Of a stretch of DNA of 64,000 nucleotides, positions 48,728 through 57,464 are shown piece after piece (positions within the stretch are counted from its first letter, which is position 1; each line of letters starts with the position of its first letter). The stretch is from assembly GCA_965215505.1 (NCBI GenBank), contig OZ244065.1, forward strand, positions 2,144,001 to 2,208,000. The letters are read 5' to 3'. Source of the DNA: Capsulimonadaceae bacterium (GTDB taxonomy: Bacteria > Armatimonadota > Armatimonadia > Armatimonadales > Capsulimonadaceae). The notes below the pieces were generated by a model. That model made no database searches, was not told where the DNA came from, and saw nothing but the letters and a program-made list of their open reading frames with translations. The translations under genes were made by a program, and so were the position numbers.

Positions 48728-49779
48728 AGTCTGTTTTCTATACTCTCTGCGGGCCCGCGCCATTCGCCACTAGAACGTCGCACAATGAGTTCGCCGTCGA
48801 GCAAAACTTCACGGAACGGGGGCGGGTCCTTGGCGTCGAGGCGCGTGAGCAGGATTTCAACGGCTTTTCGCCCCATCTCATAGGCAGGCTGGTCTACCAC
48901 CGTAAGGAAAGGAAAGGTCACAAAGGCCGGCGGGAGATCGTCAAAGGCGACCAGCGCCACGTCCTCCGGTACCCGTCTCCCGGCATCGTGCAGCGCATTC
49001 AGTGCGCCGATGGCGAGGAAGTTGTTGGTCGCAAAGAGGGCGGTCGGGCTTGGCGCATCAGACAATGCTCGCAAGGTCATGTCGTACCCGCTCTTCTGGG
49101 TCAGGTTGCCGTAATAGACCGGGGCGATGTCGCCGTGATAGACGCGGGCACCCCGCTCGAGGCCAGCCTCCGCCAGCGCCCTCTGGAAACCCGCGACCCG
49201 GTCGTCGGAGGTGAGTAGGCCCTGCGGCCCCGCCACCGTCGCCACCGTCCGGTGACCAAGCGAGACGAGCAGCCGGCCCAGCTGATAAGCCCCCTGCCCC
49301 GAGTCACACCGCACCACGTCCACATTCGCTCCACCGACGCGGCGGTCCAGCACCACCACGGGCGTCTGCTGGTGCTGGATGACGCGGAGCGACTCCGTGG
49401 CGTCGCCTGCGGGCACCAGCAGGACGCCGTCCACCTGCTTTTGCAGCAGCATCTGGAGGGATCGCCGCTCCTTGGCCTCGTGCTCGTCGGTGTTGCTCAG
49501 GATGACCATGAAGCCCGCGTCGCTGGCCGCATCTTCGACGCCGCGGGCGACCGTGGTGAAGAACGGGTTGGTGACGTCGGTCACGACCAGAGCCAGCGTG
49601 TTCGTGCGCCGGGAGCGCAGGCTCCGCGCCAGGGTATTCGGAACGTATCCGAGATCGGCAATGGCCGTCTCGACCCGCGCCCGCATCGCCTCGGCGACGT
49701 AGCCGGACTTGTTGACCACGCGGGAAACGGTCATCGGCGCGACGCCCGCCTGCTTGGCGACATCCTGGATTGTAGGCAT
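48724..49779 (-). CDS. LacI-family transcriptional regulator
   Basis: PTIQDVAKQAGVAPMTVSRVVN, LGYVPNTLARSL, NPFF, VPEDVALVAFDD. Confidence 0.95.
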   Translation of the reverse strand: MPTIQDVAKQAGVAPMTVSRVVNKSGYVAEAMRARVETAIADLGYVPNTLARSLRSRRTNTLALVVTDVTNPFFTTVARGVEDAASDAGFMVILSNTDEHEAKERRSLQMLLQKQVDGVLLVPAGDATESLRVIQHQQTPVVVLDRRVGGANVDVVRCDSGQGAYQLGRLLVSLGHRTVATVAGPQGLLTSDDRVAGFQRALAEAGLERGARVYHGDIAPVYYGNLTQKSGYDMTLRALSDAPSPTALFATNNFLAIGALNALHDAGRRVPEDVALVAFDDLPPAFVTFPFLTVVDQPAYEMGRKAVEILLTRLDAKDPPPFREVLLDGELIVRRSSGEWRGPAESIENRL

Positions 49780-49804
49780 AAGCGCATTCTACCACCGGCT
49801 GCGA

Positions 49805-50653
49805 TTAATTTGGGCTGAACGTGACGTACATGCCATTTTGTCCCATGGTCTGCGTGCCGGCGGCGGAGCAGCAGGGGACGCCCGCGCTGCCCGCCGGGAC
49901 GTCCTGGGGATTGTTCGGACTCGGGTTAGTGCCGCCAGGGGATACCTGCGAGGGCCGGAACCATTTCACATGGCCGTCCAGCATGGCGAAGTTACTGCCG
50001 TCCGAGTGGCGGCCGGTCTGCTTGTTCCAGGCGTCCTGGCGGCCCAGATGATGCACGGGGCTTCCCATCCAGCCCGTGTCGTACTGGGCGATGCTATTCG
50101 GACGAACGCCCGGAATCTGGTCGATCCAGCCGGCCCCGCCCTCACCGCCGTCCCCAGCAGGGGCACCCTTGCTCGGTGAGGCGAGTTCGGCGTCAGCGCT
50201 CGTCGGGTCCGTCTGAGCATTAGTCGTTTCGAACAAAAGTACAGTAACGGCTGGCGAGTTGTGGGTGGAGATATTGCCGTTCGGCCCGAAGGCATTGAGC
50301 TGATCGTTGACCCCATAAGACATCGGCACGAGGTTACCGTTCGCCGGGGTCGGGTCATCAGGGCAGAGAAAAATGCCGGTGCTCTTCGCGAACGGGTAGA
50401 TGAAGTGCGCCCAGCCGCGCCCCGGCGAGCCGTTGTCGGGCGGCATCAGCTCGTCGCTGTCCTGGGTGTACTGGAGGAAGGTCAGCGTGATCTGTTTCTC
50501 ATTAGACTGGCAGGAGGCGCGGCGCGCGTTCTCCCGGACCTTCTGGAAGACGGGGAAGAGAATGGCGGCAAGAATCGCAATGATAGCGATTACGACAAGA
50601 AGCTCGATCAGTGTGAAGCCCTGCTGGCCTCTACGACCTGTTGCAAGAAACAT
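49805..50653 (-). CDS. Prepilin-type N-methylation protein, DUF1559 with H-X9-DG C-terminal motif
   Basis: [61 protein letters not shown]. Confidence 0.93.
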   Translation of the reverse strand: MFLATGRRGQQGFTLIELLVVIAIIAILAAILFPVFQKVRENARRASCQSNEKQITLTFLQYTQDSDELMPPDNGSPGRGWAHFIYPFAKSTGIFLCPDDPTPANGNLVPMSYGVNDQLNAFGPNGNISTHNSPAVTVLLFETTNAQTDPTSADAELASPSKGAPAGDGGEGGAGWIDQIPGVRPNSIAQYDTGWMGSPVHHLGRQDAWNKQTGRHSDGSNFAMLDGHVKWFRPSQVSPGGTNPSPNNPQDVPAGSAGVPCCSAAGTQTMGQNGMYVTFSPN

Positions 50654-50701
50654 GTGACCTCCTCAAAAATGGCGCAACTCCGCTGAAGCGCCGCCCTAGA
50701 C

Positions 50702-50740
50702 TGTGATAACGATATCACAATATGTGGTATCGTTATCATA
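50702..50740. promoter_or_regulatory. Two adjacent LacI-type operators
   Basis: TGTGATAACGATATCACA (50702-50719) and TGTGGTATCGTTATCATA (50723-50740), CG-centred near-palindromes upstream of the operon. Confidence 0.8.
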
Positions 50741-51204
50741 CTAACACAGATTTTTGGAAATGTCAAGCCCAAGGAAAATAATTTGCTTCTTCTTTAGATT
50801 GTCTTGCCCCCTCTTGAACTTGCATGCTATAACCCCGTGATCTGTTCACAACCAGAGTGCATTTTCCAAATGTCATCTGAGCCAGAGCCTTATGCTGGCT
50901 CAAGTCACGAGCGCTTGGTAGCTTACCTTGGTCTTGTCGTACCGGATCGCCACCCACCGTGACTGCTTCAGCCGCAGAAAGGTTCGCTCGATCACGTCGC
51001 GCTCTTTGTATGACTCGGCGTCGAACTTGTAGGGACGCTAGCCGGCACGCCCTTTCCCCTGGCGATGCGCGCGCTGGTCCCGCCGCTCCGGGATCAGCAT
51101 CTTTTCCGGGATCAGTATCTTCACGCCCTGCCCCGGAGCAGACGGCGGCAGGAGGGATGGCTGTACCCCTTGTCGCCCAGCACACAAACCGGACGCTTGC
51201 ACGG

Positions 51205-51463
51205 GTGACCGCGCCCGCCGCCATCCTCTCCGATGTGCTAGGGCGCCCGATCCGGCACATCCAGGTCTCGCCTAACCAGGCGCGGGACGCCTTCCTGAGC
51301 ATAGGTGCCAGCCCGGCCTCCACCGCCCTCTACGTGGAGATGTATCAGGGCTTCTCCCACGATCCGACGCGCGGCCGAGCCGCGCTCGCCCGAAACTGCC
51401 ACGCCGACTACCTTGGACGTCTTAGCGGGCGAGGTGCTGGCGCCGCTGGTCAAGGCCCCCTAG
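51205..51463 (+). pseudogene. 3' fragment of an NmrA/SDR-like NAD(P)H-binding gene
   Basis: AAILSDVLGRPIRHIQV....ARDAFLSIG, then frameshifted EPRSPETATPTTLDVLAGEVLAP. No N-terminus. Confidence 0.6.
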
Positions 51464-51595
51464 CCGCGAGGGCGGCGGGGGCTTTGCCCCGCCGCCCTGC
51501 CCCGTCGTCATGAACTGTACTTGCCCCAGCGGGATGGCCCACAGGAGCAGACGCGTCCCTGTGTTTTGTTGCATTACTCGTCACAGACTAAAATC

Positions 51596-51623
51596 TGGAC
51601 GTATAAATGACGTTATACGTTGA
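51596..51623. other. dif/res-like tyrosine recombinase core site
   Basis: TGGACGTATAA-ATGACG-TTATACGTTGA (11-6-11) with perfect ACGTATAA/TTATACGT arms. Confidence 0.7.
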
Positions 51624-51648
51624 CTTTCGCTCGGTCTCGGCGTATAAT
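51620..51648 (+). promoter_or_regulatory. sigma70 promoter of the recombinase gene
   Basis: TTGACT-N17-TATAAT. Confidence 0.8.
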
Positions 51649-51723
51649 TGTCCCAGACCGGCGGGGTTATCCGCCGAAAAACTGTGCGTATAATACTTTT
51701 CCCATCATACCGCTGAGAATCCC

Positions 51724-52650
51724 ATGGACAAGCAGACCGTCTTCCCCACCCCACCGAGTCTGGACCTCCCCTGTCTGGCTCAGTTCGCCGAGCACCTGCG
51801 CCACCGGGAGTGCAGCCCGCTGACCGTCAAGAACTACTTGGCCGACCTCCGCGCCTTCGCCCGCTGGTTCGAGCAGACCAACGGCGACGGCCTGTCCCCG
51901 GACCGGGTCACGCCCACCGACCTGCGCGAGTTCAAACGGCATCTAGTCCAGGGGAAGCTCAAGCCGGCCAGCATCAACCGCAAGCTCGCCACTCTTAAGA
52001 GCTTCCTGAAGTGGGCCACGGAGGCAGGGCTGGCGACGGGCACGGCGATCCTGAAGATGCCCAAGGCCGAGCGCCAGTCGCGCCTCGGCCCGCGCTGGCT
52101 GGACCGGCGCGAGCAGAACGCGCTGTTGCGGGCTGTCGAGCGCGGCGGCAGCGTCCGTGACCTAGCGGCGGTCACGCTGATGCTGCACTGTGGCCTGCGG
52201 GTGGCAGAGCTGTGCGCCCTGACCTGGACGGACGTCGCGGTCGGCGACCGGAAGGGAGTGCTGACGGTCCGCAGCGGCAAGGGCGGCAAGCGGCGCGAGG
52301 TGCCGCTCAACGCCGACGCGCGTGCGACCCTGCTGGGTTTAGGCTATGCCGGGCTGTCCGGACGTCCGGACAGAATGTTCCTGGGACAGCGCGGCCCACT
52401 GACGCCCCGGGGGGTGCAGTCTATGCTGACTGGGTATGCAAGGACGGCTGGCCAACTGGGGTTAGATGGGCTCTCCCCTCACGCACTGCGCCACACCTTC
52501 TGCAAGAACCTAGTAGATGCCGGCGTGGGATTAGAGCAAGTGGCTGCTCTTGCCTCACATGAGTCGCTGGACACTACGCGGAGGTATATCGAGCCGTCGC
52601 TGAGGGACTTAACAAAAGCCGTGGAACTGGTTAGTCAAGAGGGCAAATGA
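51724..52650 (+). CDS. Tyrosine recombinase (Xer/TnpI resolvase-like)
   Basis: SAM-like N-terminus (TVKNYLADL..F), CGLRVAEL, GKGGKRR, HALRH, ASH...TTRRY. Confidence 0.93.
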   Translation: MDKQTVFPTPPSLDLPCLAQFAEHLRHRECSPLTVKNYLADLRAFARWFEQTNGDGLSPDRVTPTDLREFKRHLVQGKLKPASINRKLATLKSFLKWATEAGLATGTAILKMPKAERQSRLGPRWLDRREQNALLRAVERGGSVRDLAAVTLMLHCGLRVAELCALTWTDVAVGDRKGVLTVRSGKGGKRREVPLNADARATLLGLGYAGLSGRPDRMFLGQRGPLTPRGVQSMLTGYARTAGQLGLDGLSPHALRHTFCKNLVDAGVGLEQVAALASHESLDTTRRYIEPSLRDLTKAVELVSQEGK

Positions 52651-52945
52651 TGGAAAGTACTGTCCCTCTCGTCAGACGCGTCTAAACCACGACCTGGATT
52701 TATACAAAACCGCAATGACAGCTCGTATCCGCGTGACCTGTTTTCTATTTCACCCTAGTAAATACCGTTAGACTTGAACTTGTTTAGATTCAAATAGACA
52801 TATCGCCCGAAGAGGTCCCGGCCGAAGCCGTTGCGTCTTTTGATCAGTGAACAGCGACACCTCCGACGAGATGGCCTTGTCATGTAAGCGGCTTTCTGCT
52901 TTAGTTAAGTATCGGCCTACAGGTTACGACGGATCCGGACCATTT

Positions 52946-55690
52946 ATGCGCCCCGAAACCACCACACGGCAGGAAATCATCGACGATCAGCTCCGCCGTG
53001 CCGGCTGGGCCGTCGAGCGCCGGAACCTCCTTAAAGAGTACCCGCTACGCCCTGACCTCTCCGAGATCCACGAGGCCAGTGCATCTTATGCGACCGGCGC
53101 TGAGTTCGCCGATTATGTCCTGCTCGGGCCAGACCACAAGCCTCTCGCTGTCGTCGAAGCTAAACACACCGGTCGGGACGCCCTCGCCGGGCAGCGCCAG
53201 GCCGCTGACTATGCCGACCGTCTCCGCGCCCAGCATGGCTTCGATCCCTTTGTCTTCCTCAGCAACGGCGTGGACTGTTGGTTCTGGGACCGGGACCGGT
53301 ATCCTCTGCGACGCGTCAGCGGCTTCTTCACGCCCGACGACCTCCAGCGCCTCGCTTTCCAGCGCCAGTACGGCAAGCTGCTGCGCGGGCTCGCCGCGGC
53401 ACCCACCATCGCCGGACGGCCCTACCAAGTCGAAGCCATCAAGCGTACCACCGAGGCAATCGAGACCGGCCAACGCAAGTTCCTGCTCGTCATGGCCACC
53501 GGCACCGGCAAGACCCGCACCGTCGTCGCCCTGATCGACTTGCTCCTAAGGGCGGGCCGCGCCCAGCGCATCCTCTTCCTCGCCGACCGCCGTGAGTTGG
53601 CCCGCCAGGCCCTCGCCGCCTTCAAAGAACACCTGCCCAACGAGACCCGGGCCACCATCGAAGGCGGCGTCGCCGACCCGAGCGCCCGCCTCCACGTCGC
53701 CACCTATCCCAGCATGATGCAGGTCTACGGGACGCTCTCCCCCGGCTACTACGATCTGATCGTCGCCGACGAAAGCCATCGCTCCATCTACAACCGTTAC
53801 AGCGCCCTGTTCACACACTTTGACGCCCTCCAGCTCGGCCTCACCGCCACGCCAACCGACTATATCGACCACAACACGTTCGAACTGTTCGAGTGCCCCG
53901 ACGGCCTGCCGACCTTCGTCTATCCCTACGAAAGCGCTGTAGACGAAGGCTACCTCGTCACCTACCGCGTCCTGGCCGCACAAACCACGTTCCAGCTCCA
54001 GGGCATCAAGGCGGGCCAGCTCCCCCTCGAGATCCAGCGCCAAGTCGCCGAGCAAGGAATCGACCTCGGCGAGATCGACTTCGAAGGCAGCGAGTTGGAA
54101 CGCCGCGTCACCAATACCAGCACCAACGACGCCATCGTGCAGGAGTTTATGACCAAGGCCCGCAAGGACTCTATGGACACCTTGCCCGCCAAAACCATCC
54201 TTTTCGCCATCAGCCACGCCCACGCCGTCGAACTCTGGGAAAGCTTCAATCGCCTGTATCCCGACCTCCAGCGGCGCGGCTTCGCCGAAATTATCGACAG
54301 CCACATGGAGCGCGCCGACCAGACCCTCGACGACTTCAAGCGCCGCGACATGCCCCGGGTCGCCCTGTCCGTGGATATGCTCGACACCGGTGTTGATGTC
54401 CCTGCCCTCCAGAATCTCGTGTTCGCCAAGCCCGTCTTCAGCCAGGTCAAGTTCTGGCAGATGATCGGGCGCGGCACCCGCCTCTACACGGACCCCCTCA
54501 GCGGACAGGTTAAGGCTGACTTCCTCATCATCGACTACTGGAACAACTTCGCCTACTTCAACATGAGCCCTGACGGCGAGATCAGTCACCCCACCGAGCC
54601 GCTCCCCGTCCGCCTGTTCCGCCTTCGCCTTGACACCTGGCGCCTCCTAGCTGGCCAGTGCCGGGACGAAGAGGCCGCCGCTGTCCGCACCCAGCTTCAA
54701 GGCATGCTTGCCCAACTCCCTACGGACAACAGCAGCGTCCGTTCCTACCTCGCCGATCTGGCCGAGTTGGGGCGCCCTGAGGCCTGGGACACCCCGACAC
54801 TGCCCTTTCTGGAACGCCTCAGTGCCGCCATCGCCCCCGCCCTGCGCTTCCTGCCCGACATCACCCTGCCCGTGATGTCCTTCGAAGCCCTCACCGAACG
54901 TCTCATCGTCTCCCATTTGGAAGGAAACGCCGCTGCCATCCCCGCTATGCAGGAAAAAGTCATCCGCGACTTGAATCTCCTGCCGGACACGCTCCGCGAG
55001 GTGCAGGAACACGCGCCCCAGCGGCTCTGGATGACAAGTTCCCCATTCTGGGCGGCCCTAGACTACGGGCGGCTCCGGGATCTGCAAACGGCCTTCGCGC
55101 CGCTCATGCGGTATCGTCGTCCCGAACGCGCCGACGTCGTCCGGCTCAGCCTGCCCGACCAGATCGGCAGCCGCCGCTGGATCGTCTACGGGCCCGGCGG
55201 CGAGGGCGCCTTCGCCGAGACCTATCGCGAACAGGTCGAGGCTTACGTCCGTGGCTTGGCCGATAGCCTGCCCGCACTCCGCAAGCTGCGCCAGGGCACC
55301 CCGCTTGCCGACGCCGACCTGAACGCACTCGCGGACGCACTCAATCGCGCCGACCTGTTCATTACCGAAGACACGCTCCGCCAGGTCTACGGGCAGGCCG
55401 ATGTGGATCTGTCAGCCTTTCTACGGCATATCCTGGGCCTGCACGCCTTGCCCAGTCGCGAAGACCAGATAGGGGCGGTATTCGAGAGCTTTCTCGCCGA
55501 GCAACCGCATTTTACAGCCACCCAGGTGCTCTTCCTGCGCACTGTCCGCTCCGCCGTCTTGCGCGGCACCCGGTTGACCGAAGAGGACCTCCGGCGCCTA
55601 CCCTTCAGCCGCGTCGGCGCCGTGTCCCGCCTGTTCCACCCGAATCAGGTCGCCCGTATTATCGAATTCGCCAACGCGCTGGCGGCCTGA
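52946..55690 (+). CDS. hsdR: Type I restriction enzyme R subunit (EcoEI-like)
   Basis: ADYVL..VVEAK..QAADY nuclease, MATGTGKT, DESHRS, GLTATP, VDMLDTGVDVP, FWQMIGRGTRL. Confidence 0.92.
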   Translation: MRPETTTRQEIIDDQLRRAGWAVERRNLLKEYPLRPDLSEIHEASASYATGAEFADYVLLGPDHKPLAVVEAKHTGRDALAGQRQAADYADRLRAQHGFDPFVFLSNGVDCWFWDRDRYPLRRVSGFFTPDDLQRLAFQRQYGKLLRGLAAAPTIAGRPYQVEAIKRTTEAIETGQRKFLLVMATGTGKTRTVVALIDLLLRAGRAQRILFLADRRELARQALAAFKEHLPNETRATIEGGVADPSARLHVATYPSMMQVYGTLSPGYYDLIVADESHRSIYNRYSALFTHFDALQLGLTATPTDYIDHNTFELFECPDGLPTFVYPYESAVDEGYLVTYRVLAAQTTFQLQGIKAGQLPLEIQRQVAEQGIDLGEIDFEGSELERRVTNTSTNDAIVQEFMTKARKDSMDTLPAKTILFAISHAHAVELWESFNRLYPDLQRRGFAEIIDSHMERADQTLDDFKRRDMPRVALSVDMLDTGVDVPALQNLVFAKPVFSQVKFWQMIGRGTRLYTDPLSGQVKADFLIIDYWNNFAYFNMSPDGEISHPTEPLPVRLFRLRLDTWRLLAGQCRDEEAAAVRTQLQGMLAQLPTDNSSVRSYLADLAELGRPEAWDTPTLPFLERLSAAIAPALRFLPDITLPVMSFEALTERLIVSHLEGNAAAIPAMQEKVIRDLNLLPDTLREVQEHAPQRLWMTSSPFWAALDYGRLRDLQTAFAPLMRYRRPERADVVRLSLPDQIGSRRWIVYGPGGEGAFAETYREQVEAYVRGLADSLPALRKLRQGTPLADADLNALADALNRADLFITEDTLRQVYGQADVDLSAFLRHILGLHALPSREDQIGAVFESFLAEQPHFTATQVLFLRTVRSAVLRGTRLTEEDLRRLPFSRVGAVSRLFHPNQVARIIEFANALAA

Positions 55691-55718
55691 CCCCGCCGCG
55701 CTGTAAACCGAGGATGCC

Positions 55719-57464
55719 ATGCTTTCGCCCCAGCTTAAGACCGAGATCGACAAGCTCTGGAACCGCTTCTGGTCCAGTGGCATCGCCAACCCACTCACCG
55801 CCATCGAACAGATAACATACCTGATCTTCCTCAAACGCCTGGAAGACCAGGACAAAGAGCGCATCACTCAGGCCGGCGACCGTGTCGTCCCGTCCGTCTA
55901 CGCCGGTACTGCCAACCAATTTCGCTGGAGCCGGCTCTTATACATGCCTGGCGATGAGGCCCTGCGCTTCATCCAGGGCCCCGTCATGGACTGGCTCAAA
56001 ACCATGCCCGGCGCCCAGGAGCAGATGCAGGATGCCGTCTTCGTCCTCCCCAACGCCAGCCTCCTTCGGGGCGCAATGGACGCCGTCAACACGCTCATCG
56101 TCCCGGAACGCAACCAAGATACCCTCGGCGACATCTTCGAATACCTCCTCAGCGAGATCGCAACCGCCGGCAAGAACGGCCAGTTCCGCACCCCGCGCCA
56201 CATCATCCGTGCCATGTGCGAGCTGACCAACCCCAAGTTCGGCGAACGCATCTGCGACCCCGCCTGCGGCACCGCCGGATTTCTCGTCAACGCCTACCAG
56301 CACATCCTCCAACAGCACACCAGCCGCGACATCCTGGAATTCGCGGCCGACGGCACCCCCTTGAACCTCATCGGCGACCGGCTCAGCGCCGACCAACACG
56401 ACGCCCTCCGGCAGAACCATTTCTACGGCTTCGATTTTGACCGCACCATGGTCCGGCTGGGCTGGATGAACATGGTCCTGCACGGCCTCGAAAACGCCCA
56501 GGTCCACTACGGCGACACCCTCGGCAGCAAGTTCAACGAAGGCGTCCGCGAGGGGCGCACCGGCCACTTCGATGTTATCCTCGCCAATCCACCCTTCGCT
56601 GGCAGCCTGGACAAAAGCGACGTCGGCGAGTCTCTGCGCAGCCTGGGCACCAACAAGACCGAACTGCTCTTCCTCGACCTCATCCTCCAGCTCCTGCGCC
56701 CCGGAGGACGCGCCGCCGTCATCGTTTCCGAGGGCGTCCTCTTCGGCTCCACCGGCGCGCACCGCGCGATCCGTCGTCGCCTGCTCGAAGAGAACCAGCT
56801 CGTTGCTGTCGTTTCCCTCCCCAGCGGCGTCTTCCAGCCCTACACCGGCGTCAAGACTTCCATTCTGTTCTTCACCAAAGGCGGCAGCACCGAGCGCGTC
56901 TGGTTTTACGACGTCACCGCCGACGGCTACACGCTCAATGCTCGCCGCACCGAACAGCCCGAGAAGAACGACCTGTGGGACCTGACACTTCAAGCAAAAA
57001 CGTCTCTCAACGTTGATCCCTCCACTCAAACGACTCGTCGAAATCCAGAGGTACGAGACCTTCCATTTGAGCAAACACCGGCCTTCATCGCGAAACCCTT
57101 GTGGGAAGAGTGGCGCGCTCGCATCGGTCCGGACCCTTCCTATTATCAGGCATCGTTTAAGACAGAAATCCGCGAAATTGATGATGAACCTAACCTTTCG
57201 GGCACTCTGATAACACCTGTTCCCATTCATCTTCTTCAGAGTCTCGAAGTGGTCACGCCTACTGAGCCGAAACACAGGTTCATCTCTGCTGTCCAGATCC
57301 GCGAGAACGACTTCAACTTATCCGCCGGGCGCTACAAAGCGGCCGCCGCCGCCACGGATATTTATGAACCGCCCGCTGATCTCATCCGCCAATTGCAGGC
57401 ATTGGAAGAAGACATCCAGAACGATCTCGGCAACCTGCTGGCGATGGTGGAGAACCGCGTATGA
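55719..57464 (+). CDS. hsdM: Type I DNA N6-adenine methyltransferase M subunit
   Basis: IEQITYLIFLKRL, GDIFEYLL, GQFRTPRHII, DPACGTAGF, ANPPF. Confidence 0.95.
   Translation: MLSPQLKTEIDKLWNRFWSSGIANPLTAIEQITYLIFLKRLEDQDKERITQAGDRVVPSVYAGTANQFRWSRLLYMPGDEALRFIQGPVMDWLKTMPGAQEQMQDAVFVLPNASLLRGAMDAVNTLIVPERNQDTLGDIFEYLLSEIATAGKNGQFRTPRHIIRAMCELTNPKFGERICDPACGTAGFLVNAYQHILQQHTSRDILEFAADGTPLNLIGDRLSADQHDALRQNHFYGFDFDRTMVRLGWMNMVLHGLENAQVHYGDTLGSKFNEGVREGRTGHFDVILANPPFAGSLDKSDVGESLRSLGTNKTELLFLDLILQLLRPGGRAAVIVSEGVLFGSTGAHRAIRRRLLEENQLVAVVSLPSGVFQPYTGVKTSILFFTKGGSTERVWFYDVTADGYTLNARRTEQPEKNDLWDLTLQAKTSLNVDPSTQTTRRNPEVRDLPFEQTPAFIAKPLWEEWRARIGPDPSYYQASFKTEIREIDDEPNLSGTLITPVPIHLLQSLEVVTPTEPKHRFISAVQIRENDFNLSAGRYKAAAAATDIYEPPADLIRQLQALEEDIQNDLGNLLAMVENRV

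Noticed and set aside
52770-52784. Possible attR resembling the reverse complement of the tRNA T-arm (AGACTTGAACTTGT)
   Set aside because: Short, mismatched and in the wrong orientation for a direct-repeat att site.
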